This document shows positions 27,581 through 37,245 of a stretch of DNA of 64,000 bases, one piece after another. The stretch lies in contig CP174359.1 of assembly GCA_045401115.1 (NCBI GenBank), positions 122,288-186,287 on the forward strand. Direction: 5' to 3'. This DNA is from Candidatus Phycocordibacter aenigmaticus (lineage in GTDB: Bacteria > Patescibacteriota > Minisyncoccia > Phycocordibacterales > Phycocordibacteraceae). How positions within the stretch are numbered: position 1 is the stretch's first letter; each line of letters begins with the position of its first letter. The notes under the pieces are model-generated. The model had not been told where the DNA came from and searched no databases. It saw nothing but the letters and a program-made list of their open reading frames with translations. A program made the position numbers and the translations under genes.

Positions 27581-27592
27581 TTTACATTATAT

Positions 27593-28870
27593 ATGTATCG
27601 TTTTGTTTCATTCATTGTTGAGATCCTCAAAAAAATCCTGCCGGCGCCAATCGTGCGACCGTTCCTCAAGCCGTACCATTTCATAATGGCGCTTTCCTTT
27701 GCGATTATCCACGGTTTCCCCGCAAAACGCATGGTCGTACTTGGTGTCACCGGCACTAAAGGGAAATCGACAGTTTCTGAGATGCTGTTTGCCATACTAC
27801 GCGCAGCAGGTCACACTACGGCACTCGCCTCTACTATCCGCTTTGCCGTTAACGATGAATCAAAGCCAAACCAATTTAAAATGACCATGCAAGGACGTGG
27901 ACACCTTCAAGACTTTTTAGGTTCTGCACGTCGGCGTGGCGCAACGCACGCCGTAGTTGAAATCACCTCTGAAGGTACACGTGAATTTAGAAATGCATTT
28001 TTATTTCTTAATGGACTCATTGTCACCAATATTGCCCGAGAACATATTGAGTCACATGGTTCATTTGAAAATTATGTTGCGGCAAAACGCAGTATCGTCA
28101 ACACGCTTGAACAATCACCTAAACAAGATCGAGTGCTGGTTGCCAATGGCGCTAATGAACACACAAAACCATTTTTAGATGCGAATGTACCACATACCTT
28201 CCCTTTTTCACTCTCTGAACTCGATGATGTACATGCTACTGAAACCAGTGTTTCTTTTTCATACAAAAACACAGCGTTTACACTTCCTCTTCCAGGACTC
28301 TTCAACGCAGAAAACGCACTCGCTGCTATTAAAATCACTGAACAATTTGGTGTTGACCTTGAAACTGCACAAAAAGCATTAGCGCACCTCGAACCTGTTC
28401 GCGGTCGTGTTGAACGTGTTGAAGCAGGACAATCATTCGGTGTCATTGTCGACTATGCACATACCCCTGACTCACTTGAAGCGCTATATGGCGCATTCCC
28501 TGATAGACGAAAAGTATGTGTACTCGGTAACACTGGTGGTGGGCGCGATACATGGAAACGTCCACTTATGGGTAGTATTGCCGACAAAGCCTGTGATGTA
28601 GTCATCCTCACCAATGAAGACCCCTACGATGAGGATCCAATGAAAATCGTTCAAGAAATGGCAGAAGGCATGGCGCGTCCTCCAATTATTGAAATGGATC
28701 GACGCACAGCGATACGACGTGCTTATGCTGAAGCAAAAGAAGGTGATGTCGTGCTCATCTCTGGAAAAGGTACTGACCCGTATATTATGGGAGCAGACGG
28801 CACAAAAACACCATGGAGTGATGCAAGAGTTGCTCATGAAGAACTTACCGAGTTCTTAAAGCAAAATTAA
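27593..28870 (+). CDS. murE: UDP-MurNAc-tripeptide synthetase (MurE-like Mur ligase)
   Basis: GVTGTKGKST, TNIAREHIESHG, VDYAHTPDSL, GGGRD..KR, NEDPYDEDP, SGKG. Confidence 0.88.
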   Translation: MYRFVSFIVEILKKILPAPIVRPFLKPYHFIMALSFAIIHGFPAKRMVVLGVTGTKGKSTVSEMLFAILRAAGHTTALASTIRFAVNDESKPNQFKMTMQGRGHLQDFLGSARRRGATHAVVEITSEGTREFRNAFLFLNGLIVTNIAREHIESHGSFENYVAAKRSIVNTLEQSPKQDRVLVANGANEHTKPFLDANVPHTFPFSLSELDDVHATETSVSFSYKNTAFTLPLPGLFNAENALAAIKITEQFGVDLETAQKALAHLEPVRGRVERVEAGQSFGVIVDYAHTPDSLEALYGAFPDRRKVCVLGNTGGGRDTWKRPLMGSIADKACDVVILTNEDPYDEDPMKIVQEMAEGMARPPIIEMDRRTAIRRAYAEAKEGDVVLISGKGTDPYIMGADGTKTPWSDARVAHEELTEFLKQN

Positions 28871-28925
28871 CTTACATACTGAGTAACTTTTATACACACT
28901 TTTGAAAATGCTAAAATCAATGCAT

Positions 28926-29924
28926 ATGTTTAAACGCACTCGACACGCACGCGGCGCAGCCGGAGCTGACCTTATATTTTTTATTTTCTTTCTCATCGTC
29001 CTCGGTATCGTCTGGGCGCTCACGGGAGGTCCTGGAAGAGACATCTCTCGTGAAGGCGCTTTTATCAACCCCCCTTTCCCTCTTGGGAGCGGTGACGCAT
29101 ATAGTGTGCCAGGAGTTTCAATACCACGCGTGAACACTGAACGTGACACACACACCACTACAAATAATGATGTGAAAAAAGAAACAAATACACTCCAAGA
29201 TATTATTGCGCGTATCCGCGGAGAACAGACCGGCATTTCACCAGCAGGCATATCTCCTTATGCAGGACTCGTTACCTTTGAAAGGGGACGTCCTAAAAAC
29301 AGCAGTGCCGAGACCGAGTATTTAAAAATCGAAACACAAAGCGCTGTCGAGGGTCGCATTGTTATTTCCGACTGGCGCGTTGAATCAGCGATTTCCCTCC
29401 GCGGCACCACACTCGGCGACGCTGCACACCTTCCCTATTCAGGACAAGTGAACACAGAATCACCGGTCGCGCTTGGTCCTGACATAACCATATTTATAGT
29501 ATCCGGCCGTTCACCCATCGGCGCATCATTCCGTGTAAATACCTGTACTGGGTACTTTGCGCAATTCCAAGAATTTACCCCCGACCTACGTGAAGAGTGC
29601 CCTCATCCTGAGGACGAACTTAAACGCATCGCGAATGTTGACTTCATTCCCAATGACGCATGTATCAACTTTGTAGAGACCCGCGGTCGTTGTACCTTCA
29701 CCACCGGCAGTATTCCTCAACAAGTCGGCAGTGCATGTCAAAGTTTTATTCTGAACGATTTAACCTACAACGGCTGTGTCGACGCGCATAAAAACGAAAC
29801 TGATTTCTATAAAAATGAATGGTACATCTATCTCGATCGCGACGAAGAGTTGTGGAACAATTCAAATGACCGTATCCGTTTACTGGATGAAAACGGTCTC
29901 ATAGTAGACGAACTCAGTTATTAA
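28926..29924 (+). CDS. Membrane-anchored Cys-containing surface protein (lamin-tail-like C-terminus)
   Basis: N-terminal TM, SFRVNTCTGY, YNGCV, IRLLDENGLIVD. Confidence 0.75.
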   Translation: MFKRTRHARGAAGADLIFFIFFLIVLGIVWALTGGPGRDISREGAFINPPFPLGSGDAYSVPGVSIPRVNTERDTHTTTNNDVKKETNTLQDIIARIRGEQTGISPAGISPYAGLVTFERGRPKNSSAETEYLKIETQSAVEGRIVISDWRVESAISLRGTTLGDAAHLPYSGQVNTESPVALGPDITIFIVSGRSPIGASFRVNTCTGYFAQFQEFTPDLREECPHPEDELKRIANVDFIPNDACINFVETRGRCTFTTGSIPQQVGSACQSFILNDLTYNGCVDAHKNETDFYKNEWYIYLDRDEELWNNSNDRIRLLDENGLIVDELSY

Positions 29925-29941
29925 AGTACGAACGCAGTACG

Positions 29942-30415
29942 TTAACTTCTATTTGAAAAATGGAAGAGTGCAATCGCGCCAGCGTTTGAAACATTAAGCG
30001 ACTCTTTTTTTCCTTTCATCGGAATCTCCACGACAGCATCGGCGAGTGCACATACTGTCTCTGAGACACCATCTATTTCATTTCCCACAATAAGAGCAGT
30101 ATCTCCTGCGGCAGTATACGCAGCAAGAGACACCGCGCCTGGCGTCTGCTCAAGCGCAACCACAGTGACTCCTTCTTCTTTAAGAGAAGTGATAACGGTG
30201 TCTATATCGCCCGACTCCCACGCAAGGGACTCCTCGGCACCGAGCGCCACTTTAGCAATACGCATATCTTTTCTCCCAAATCGATCAACAGGGTGTGGAG
30301 TATAACCGGTCAAAAATACTTTCTTCACTCCCATCCCGTCGGCTGTGCGAAACAATGAACCTACATTATGGGTACTGCGTACATCATTAATAATTAAATA
30401 GAGCGTGTTATCCAT
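29942..30415 (-). CDS. TrmH/SpoU family RNA methyltransferase
   Basis: RSTHNVGSLFRTAD, GNEIDGV, IPMKGKKESLNVS. Confidence 0.94.
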   Translation of the reverse strand: MDNTLYLIINDVRSTHNVGSLFRTADGMGVKKVFLTGYTPHPVDRFGRKDMRIAKVALGAEESLAWESGDIDTVITSLKEEGVTVVALEQTPGAVSLAAYTAAGDTALIVGNEIDGVSETVCALADAVVEIPMKGKKESLNVSNAGAIALFHFSNRS

Positions 30416-30471
30416 ACAACGTTTTCATTTTCAGTCTCTCAATTTCCATGTATAAGGGTTATAATACCTGT

Positions 30472-30834
30472 ATGGAAAGTATTTTCCCAGACATTCTCTT
30501 TTTAGGACCATATTTCGGTCCTATGATTTTACGTACTGCCGTTGCGGCATACTTCTTACTATACGCGTACAGTTTCTTGCGACAAAAAACTGCGCGAAGT
30601 AGCATGCTCGCCTTTAATGAGGCAGTTATCGGTATCCTTCTTATGTTGGGTATACTCACTCAATTGGTCACACTCGTGGGAATATTCGCTCTCGTTATGA
30701 GAAAAGTGATACTTGGCGCTCAAGCACCAAAACAAGGATGGGCGGAGACCATTCTCGTTATTGGCGTTCTGCTGGCACTCGTCATCACCGGCGCCGGTTT
30801 CTCGCCATTCCCTTTCTCAGACCTGCCATATTAA
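30472..30834 (+). CDS. DoxX-like membrane protein
   Basis: ILR, GILTQ and LVITGAG motifs, 4 TM. Confidence 0.7.
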   Translation: MESIFPDILFLGPYFGPMILRTAVAAYFLLYAYSFLRQKTARSSMLAFNEAVIGILLMLGILTQLVTLVGIFALVMRKVILGAQAPKQGWAETILVIGVLLALVITGAGFSPFPFSDLPY

Positions 30835-30903
30835 ATAACCCAAACAAAAAACAGCCCTGGTAATAGGGCTGTTTTTTGTTGATATGTGGTAACTATCGAT
30901 ATA

Positions 30904-31449
30904 TCACTCGCCTCGAACAAAACATTCCCGGCATCGCGCTTCATAGTGATACGTTCCATCGTCAGGCACCACTGATGGAAGTCCGACGCGCACAGGCCCC
31001 TCTCCATTGAGAATTTGTGTAAATCGCGCGTCATAGGCATGACACACTTCGCACACTGAGTTTTTCATGATGACTGTATCGGGACGATATTCAAAAAGCC
31101 GCTTAACCATCGGCATCATATGTCCCTGATAATCAAGATCCAATCCACTAATGAATACATCTTTTCCAGCGCGCACCCACTGCTCAATAACCGCCACATC
31201 CGCTTCTTCAAACATATGCACCTCATCAACACCAAGCACATCAAATGTATCCGACACATCACCAAGCGAGTCGACTACGAGTGCTTCAGCATCAACACCG
31301 GCACGCGAAGAAATAGATGACTCGCGTACATTCCGCCGCGGTTGAATATACGCAATCTTTTTTTGCGCAAACTTAAACGGCTCAACGCGAGCAATAAGCT
31401 CAAGCGACTTTCCGCTTTTCATAGGTCCAGTGATGAGTACAAAAGTCAT
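30904..31449 (-). CDS. tdk: Thymidine kinase
   Basis: ITGPMKSGKSLEL, VDEVHMF, SGLDLDY, C..C and YEARCREC zinc motifs. Confidence 0.95.
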   Translation of the reverse strand: MTFVLITGPMKSGKSLELIARVEPFKFAQKKIAYIQPRRNVRESSISSRAGVDAEALVVDSLGDVSDTFDVLGVDEVHMFEEADVAVIEQWVRAGKDVFISGLDLDYQGHMMPMVKRLFEYRPDTVIMKNSVCEVCHAYDARFTQILNGEGPVRVGLPSVVPDDGTYHYEARCRECFVRGE

Positions 31450-31535
31450 GTCTCCTACAGAATAACACTCACTTCTTGCGGTGTTCCTAATAGAAAAACC
31501 CACCGAACTGGTGGGTTTTAAGTGAACTTTAATCC

Positions 31536-31799
31536 CTATTTAACCCTTTTGAGGAATGCATACATCCCTTTCCCCACTCCAAATACAAGCATTGCAATAA
31601 GTGCACCATCTACCATATCGTCGATTATAGGAAATTCAGAATCAAGAATGAAATTATCATGCTCTGTCCGAACAAGTTCACCAAGCACCGGCTCTGTTTC
31701 ATCAAGCACATTTAGAGCGGTTTGATGTTTTGAATGCCCAATAGCACCAAGAGCGGCGCCGGCAATACCAACGTGAACAAAGTCTTTAAGTTTTTCCAT
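31536..31799 (-). CDS. Small orphan membrane protein with Gly-rich hydrophobic segments
   Basis: VGIAGAALGAIG, its own TTGACA upstream (about 31831-31836) and a terminator at about 31494-31519. Confidence 0.65.
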   Translation of the reverse strand: MEKLKDFVHVGIAGAALGAIGHSKHQTALNVLDETEPVLGELVRTEHDNFILDSEFPIIDDMVDGALIAMLVFGVGKGMYAFLKRVK

Positions 31800-31898
31800 A
31801 GGTGAAGATTAAAACATATATGCATATTATTGTCAATACACCCTACCCCCCTCTTTATTAAACGGCTCAAGGGGTGAGCCGTTTAATTTTGTCATATC

Positions 31899-32287
31899 GT
31901 CACCCGTCACTAAGTATTTTTATTCACTACGTTCTAAAAATACTAAGTGCGCTTGACCACGGCTCGGCTTTTCATTTTTGCCATAAACTACAGCAAAAAT
32001 GAAACATGCATTCGACATTGTTTTGTTACGACTGAAAGGAGTTAGAAAACAAGAAGTGCCCTTGTGTTGCGCCTCGGACAAAGCGAAAAATCGCAAAGCA
32101 GTTTGCGATTATCGTGTCGTCACAAGTTACTAAGCATAATTGTTCACCTTCGGTTCCAATTCTGCTAAGTACTCGCGACCCCGGCTCGGCTTTATTTTGC
32201 AGCCAGGAACTGGCAGCTGCAAAACAATATGCCTCCGCCTCGGACATGTAAACAAAAACAGTGCAAACGCACTGTTTTTGAATCATG
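31899..32287 (-). repeat. Two family B elements downstream of tRNA-Lys
   Basis: 31899-32009 and about 32117-32240 match the Val/Arg family B sequence on the minus strand. CGGACA copies of the tRNA end lie at 32075 and 32241. Confidence 0.8.
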
Positions 32288-32360
32288 TCCGCCCACTAGG
32301 ACTCGAACCTAGGACCCGCGGCTTAAGAGGCCGTTGCTCTACCAGCTGAGCTATAGGCGG
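32288..32360 (-). tRNA. tRNA-Lys(CTT)
   Basis: CCGCCTATAGCTCAGCTGGTAGAGCA CGGC-CTCTTAA-GCCG ... GGTTCGAGTCCTAGTGGGCGGA. Confidence 0.95.
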
Positions 32361-32372
32361 TAGTGCTTCACG

Positions 32373-32565
32373 ATAATGCGCGTCTTTTGCGAACAAGACA
32401 AGAAAGGAAGCTTGTTTACTTTCAAGAAGAGTGAGGAGTATAAAATATTTTTTATACTCGAACCTTCGCCGAAAGAAAGTTTTACTTACTTTCTTGTTGC
32501 TGTGAAGCAAAAGGATGAGCGCATTATGTTACCACGCCCCGCCTACAAGCTATGCTTATAGGCGG
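32373..32565 (-). repeat. Long imperfect hairpin (32373-32527) and 27-nt acceptor-stem mimic (32539-32565) upstream of tRNA-Lys
   Basis: Nested inverted repeats ATAATGCGC/GCGCATTAT, CTTTTGC/GCAAAAG, ACAAGAAAG/CTTTCTTGT, GAGTATAAAA/TTTTATACTC; mimic CCGCCTA-TAAGCATAGCTTG-TAGGCGG. Confidence 0.75.
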
Positions 32566-32648
32566 AAACGGAAGCTGTCTACTATTAGGTAGACCTCACC
32601 GATTATGCCTTATTTCTTATTGTTTTTCCAGAACATACGCACGCACTA

Positions 32649-33604
32649 TTACCGAACTTCCCTACTTGTATCCGCTAAACACGTACGTCCATCGGCTACT
32701 AATTCAATCGGAACCTCTTTTAAACCTGATACACCCTGTTTTGAAAAAGTAATCTCAAGTAAAAGCCCGCTGCGCACCTCGGCATTAAAGTATTGATCAA
32801 AAATAAAGTTCCCAAGTGAGTAATAAATAACCGCACCGTTATAGTACTCACTTTTTTGCACCACATGCGGATGTGCGCCTACCACCACATGAGCACCTGC
32901 ATCCGCAAAATCGCGTGCCAGCTGTTTTACTCGATCCGGAGTCGACACATATTCATCTCCCCAATGCGCAAATACTACGACAACCCTGCCTTTTCTTTTC
33001 GCATCGGCAATATCAGCGGTCACACGTGCACTTTTATCTCCACCAAACTCGTTATAAGAAACAAACGTCAAAGGTACGTCTTTAATCTTCGTTTCTAAAG
33101 TATCCTTTGTCACACCAAAATATTGCACACCGGCATCTTTCAAATACATATGGGTCTCGCGTATACCTTCCATACCGAAATTACCAATATGATTATTACC
33201 AATATGCACAATGCCTATGTTGTGATACTGCAATAACTCGGCTGTATACGAAGGAAATGTAAAAATAAAATTCTCAGGACTCCCAATAACACTCCCTGAA
33301 CTTACTGATGGGTTATTCGTAATAGGGCCTTCAAGATTGGCAACCACCATATCTGCCTCGCTTAGCGTAGGTGTAATACAAGAAAACAAATATTCCGCTC
33401 CATACATCTCAAGGATCCGTCGGATATAACGATCAAACATCATATCGCCACCAAATATAATCCGCGCTTCTTTCTCAAGCGCTTCTTTTTAGAATCATTC
33501 GACATATCAGGTAATCTGTCGAGGGTGTGCGAAGAAAATTCGATAAAAAAACCCAACAACCCTATACTAATGCCAATACCAAGTGTTAACAGAATATACT
33601 TCAC
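32649..33604 (-). CDS. CapA-family metallophosphoesterase; apparent single-base frameshift near 33486-33490
   Basis: FGGDMMFDR, ANLEGP, GNNH, HWGDEY, GAHPHV, YSLGNFIFDQ. The N-terminal TM (GTG 33604) is in another frame and joins if the A5 run is A6. Confidence 0.85.
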
Positions 33605-33623
33605 AGAATTTTAAATTGGCGCA

Positions 33624-34319
33624 CTATACTTTTTCAAGAAGAAATTTTTCAAGATTAAGCTCAAGTGTCCCTTCACCACTACGCGCCTTATGATACGCAG
33701 CTATCAGTTCTCGAGACCACGCTTCAACACGCGCCACCCCTAGCGTGTCAGCAAATCGTTTTGATTTTGAAAACACGAATGGCTTCAGTCCAGCCTCGTC
33801 AGGCGATTGGGTTTTTGCCGCAAGCAGCGCCGAACGCACTGCCCACAACAATGCGCCGTGTATCTCCTCGGCAGCACTACCACCGACAAGTAACGTGTGG
33901 TACCCAAGCCACGCATTCTTTTTATCGGCACGCATTACTGCGTTGGTAAACGCAAATACATTCGGTCGAGGTGCTGGTTTTACTTCTTTTGCATCATATC
34001 GCTCCTCGGTAATACCTTTTGGAAAAAGTTTCTTTTCTGTAGCTGAAAGTGTAGGCACCACCACAAACACTGCTACCTCGCTTGTGTTTAATGGGTGCGC
34101 ATACTCTTCCAAAACACGTTTCCCCGCACCATCATCTAATGGACGATCAAGGAGAAGGGTAACTTTTTCAGAAAATAGACCGCGCGAAGCAAGATAGCTT
34201 GGTACTCGTTCAAAAGACTCAGCGCCCTCACCAAATACTACGAGCTCGGTACCTTCGGCACGTCCCCGCACATCACTTTTTATTTTTTTTGTATCAAGTC
34301 CGACGCAAAGAGTTATCAT
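33624..34319 (-). CDS. holA: DNA polymerase III delta subunit-like (short CPR form)
   Basis: GLF, NVFAFTNA...DKKNAW, LKPFVFSK, LEKFLL; adjacent to polA. Confidence 0.7.
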   Translation of the reverse strand: MITLCVGLDTKKIKSDVRGRAEGTELVVFGEGAESFERVPSYLASRGLFSEKVTLLLDRPLDDGAGKRVLEEYAHPLNTSEVAVFVVVPTLSATEKKLFPKGITEERYDAKEVKPAPRPNVFAFTNAVMRADKKNAWLGYHTLLVGGSAAEEIHGALLWAVRSALLAAKTQSPDEAGLKPFVFSKSKRFADTLGVARVEAWSRELIAAYHKARSGEGTLELNLEKFLLEKV

Positions 34320-34340
34320 AGATTGTATTGTACCGCCTGC

Positions 34341-36737
34341 TTATCCATCAACAATATCGGTAAGTTCTGCCCACGATGGCCCCGCTTCCGCAGACACCGA
34401 AAGGCGTATACCGTCTATTTTATCTGGTGGCAACACCGATTCCATAAGTGTGCGTATTTTTTGCGCAAACTCATCAAGCACTGCTTCTTCTACCTCAAAC
34501 ATAAGTTCGTCATGAATTTGTAGCACCAATCCCGCTTTATCTTTAAAAGATTTTTTAATAAGTGCATCTGCTTGCACCATAGCCATTTTCACAATATCTG
34601 CTTGTGTGCCTTGAATTGGTGCGTTAATCGCCATACGTTCTGCCGACGCTCGCACAAATGGTAAGTGCGATTTAATTCCCGGGAAATACCGCTTCCTTCC
34701 AAAAAGTGTTTTTGTATATCCAAGCTGTGCAGCACTCGCCTTAGTGCGTGTTAAGTATGACGCGAGTCCTGTAAAACGTTCAAAATAGCGGTTCAAGTAA
34801 TCCTGCGCTTCGGCACGTTCAGTGCCAAGCTGTTCTTTCAGTGCGTTCACGCCCATGCCGTACAAAATACCGAAGTTAATCACCTTTGCCCGGCGACGCA
34901 TTTCTTTTTCAACCTGCTCTGGCGGCACTCCAAACACCTCAGCAGCAACTGCCGTGTGTACATCTTCTTCGTTTATAAAAATAGTTTTTAATTTTTCGTC
35001 ACCCGAAAGAAACGCCGCAAGCTTCAACTCAATTTGTGAGTAGTCAAATGTCACCAATACCTTCCCTTTTGATGCAACAAACCCTTTGCGAATACGCCGC
35101 CCCGACTCACTTTTGATAGGAATGTTCTGCAGGTTTGGGTCACGTGAAGAAAGTCGACCGGTGGTCGTTCCCGTCTGCACAAATGTGGTACGCAGGCGCC
35201 CATCGTCACTCAACAATGGCGGAATAGCATCAATGTAGGTAGAGAGTAATTTTTGAAGACCACGGTATTCCAGTATGTCTTTTACGATCGGATGTTCATC
35301 TTGCAGTTTGACGAGCACGCTTTCACTTGTTGACGCCTGACCGGTTGCTGTTTTTTTTGTACGCGCTTGTTTAATCTCTAATCGTTCAAACAACACCTCC
35401 CCGAGTTGCTTAGGAGAGTTTAAATTAAACTCCACGCCGGCTTGTTTAAAAATACGTTTCGCAAGTGCATCGAGTGTTTTGTGATACTGCTTTGAAAGGT
35501 CAGCGAGATACGCCGTATCTACACGAATGCCGCGCGCGTTCAACTCGTGAATCACCTTAATCAGGGGTTGCTCAATATCAGTAAACACCGAATACAGGTC
35601 TTCTTCTTTGAGCTGTTTGGTAAGCGCTTGGTGAGCCTTAATTGGCGTATCAGCACCCGCGGCAGAAAACACGTCCTCGTCGGACGGATTTGTGGTGTCC
35701 GAGTGTAGCAACCACACCATCACTTTTGCTTCAGCAAGTAATTGCTGCTCCTCAGATGAGTACTCCGGAGTTTGGTTTTCTTCTACCTCCTCTTCTGGCT
35801 CAGTTGAGTCAGCGGCAACACCTTCGCCAAGTCGTCCCACACGATCGGTAAGCGAGCGGAACCCAAGGTCGCTCATTAACTCCTTAGCCTCAGCGGCTGA
35901 AAAGTTTTCTTTCCAATGAGCCCCCTCGGCATCAAAAGAAACTGGCGTGTCAACGCGCACCGTGGCAAGCACTTTAGAAAACTCAGCCTCTTCCTGTCCG
36001 TCTTTCAAAAGATTAAATACACGCTCTGAAACACCTGCTTTTTCTTTAAATGCATCTGCGTTTTTATGAAGCGCCTTATAAATTGCCTCCATACTGCCAT
36101 ATGCCTGAATAAGTTTAGTTGCTGTTTTAGCGCCCACACCACTAATACCGATAATATTGTCTGAAGAGTCACCGGCGAACCCTTTATAGTCGGGGATATA
36201 TTGAGGAGCAAATCCAAACCGATCCTGTACCGCGTCCTCATCATAGAGCACAGTGTCTGAAAGCCCTTTGCGTGCAGTAAACACCTTTACTGACTTTTTA
36301 TCGACCAACTGAAGTGTATCCATATCACCTGAAGCGATAACAATGTCATAGTCCTTTTTCAATGAATCAGCGAAGGTACCAATCACATCGTCAGCTTCAA
36401 AGCCCGGCGCCTCGTATATAGGGATATTGAATGCTTTAAAAATATCTCGTGAACGGTTCAGTTGATCGATAAGCGCTTCATCTATTTCAGCACGCTCACC
36501 TTTATACGCTTCATACACCTCATGTCGGTGTGTTGGCTCTGGTAAGTCATATGCTGCCACCACATAATCCGGCGATAAATCATTCAGCAGTTTCACCAAC
36601 ATAGATGCAAGTCCATACAACGCACCAGCCGGCTCACCTTCTTTATCAGTGAAATCAGGCAACGCATGGTATGCACGATGAATATACGCGTGTGCATCAA
36701 TCAGTATTAGTGTCGGTTTTTTTGTTTTTTTAGGCAT
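34341..36737 (-). CDS. polA: DNA polymerase I
   Basis: 5'-3' exonuclease LIDA..HRAYHA and FEADDVIG; polymerase TGRLSSRDPNLQNIP, DYSQIEL, RRRAKVINFGILYG, LQIHDEL. Confidence 0.98.
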   Translation of the reverse strand: MPKKTKKPTLILIDAHAYIHRAYHALPDFTDKEGEPAGALYGLASMLVKLLNDLSPDYVVAAYDLPEPTHRHEVYEAYKGERAEIDEALIDQLNRSRDIFKAFNIPIYEAPGFEADDVIGTFADSLKKDYDIVIASGDMDTLQLVDKKSVKVFTARKGLSDTVLYDEDAVQDRFGFAPQYIPDYKGFAGDSSDNIIGISGVGAKTATKLIQAYGSMEAIYKALHKNADAFKEKAGVSERVFNLLKDGQEEAEFSKVLATVRVDTPVSFDAEGAHWKENFSAAEAKELMSDLGFRSLTDRVGRLGEGVAADSTEPEEEVEENQTPEYSSEEQQLLAEAKVMVWLLHSDTTNPSDEDVFSAAGADTPIKAHQALTKQLKEEDLYSVFTDIEQPLIKVIHELNARGIRVDTAYLADLSKQYHKTLDALAKRIFKQAGVEFNLNSPKQLGEVLFERLEIKQARTKKTATGQASTSESVLVKLQDEHPIVKDILEYRGLQKLLSTYIDAIPPLLSDDGRLRTTFVQTGTTTGRLSSRDPNLQNIPIKSESGRRIRKGFVASKGKVLVTFDYSQIELKLAAFLSGDEKLKTIFINEEDVHTAVAAEVFGVPPEQVEKEMRRRAKVINFGILYGMGVNALKEQLGTERAEAQDYLNRYFERFTGLASYLTRTKASAAQLGYTKTLFGRKRYFPGIKSHLPFVRASAERMAINAPIQGTQADIVKMAMVQADALIKKSFKDKAGLVLQIHDELMFEVEEAVLDEFAQKIRTLMESVLPPDKIDGIRLSVSAEAGPSWAELTDIVDG

Positions 36738-37161
36738 AGCTGATATCTCGAGTAGTGGAATCAATAGTTCTAAAATTAAGTATTGGCATCTCCTGCTTAA
36801 CGGTAAGAGTGTCGGGAAGGTTATCGGGCCATTCAATAAGCATCAGTGTGTGGGGGCTACGGTAGTGGTCAACAAACCCAATAGTATCGCTCTCTTCGGA
36901 AGAAAGTCGGTACGCATCAATATGCACCAACGTTGTAAAAAGTGGATGTGCTGTTGTATACACCTGCGCGATAACAAATGTGGGGCTACTCACATTTTCT
37001 CGAACCCCCAACACATGTGCAACCTCCTGCACAAACGCCGTCTTACCGGCACCTAAATCACCCCGAAGCCCCACCGCGTAGGCATGCTCCCCCGCTTCAC
37101 TTGGGAGCTGCGCCACAAACTGTTTGGCAAATTCATTAAGCTCTTCTTTGGATACGTTCAC
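36730..37161 (-). CDS. tsaE: tRNA t6A biosynthesis ATPase TsaE
   Basis: GDLGAGKT, VSSPTF, HIDAYRL, IEW. Confidence 0.95.
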   Translation of the reverse strand: MNVSKEELNEFAKQFVAQLPSEAGEHAYAVGLRGDLGAGKTAFVQEVAHVLGVRENVSSPTFVIAQVYTTAHPLFTTLVHIDAYRLSSEESDTIGFVDHYRSPHTLMLIEWPDNLPDTLTVKQEMPILNFRTIDSTTRDISYA

Positions 37162-37245
37162 TCTCTATACTATACCGCTCCAGCTAGTCGGACACCACTC
37201 CGGTAAATATGGGTAAGGTGCCACTCTCGTGCTACCATTTGAGGT

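Noticed and set aside
33480-33495. Programmed frameshift or pseudogene in capA
   Set aside because: A one-base shortfall in an A homopolymer with all catalytic motifs intact is typical of long-read error.
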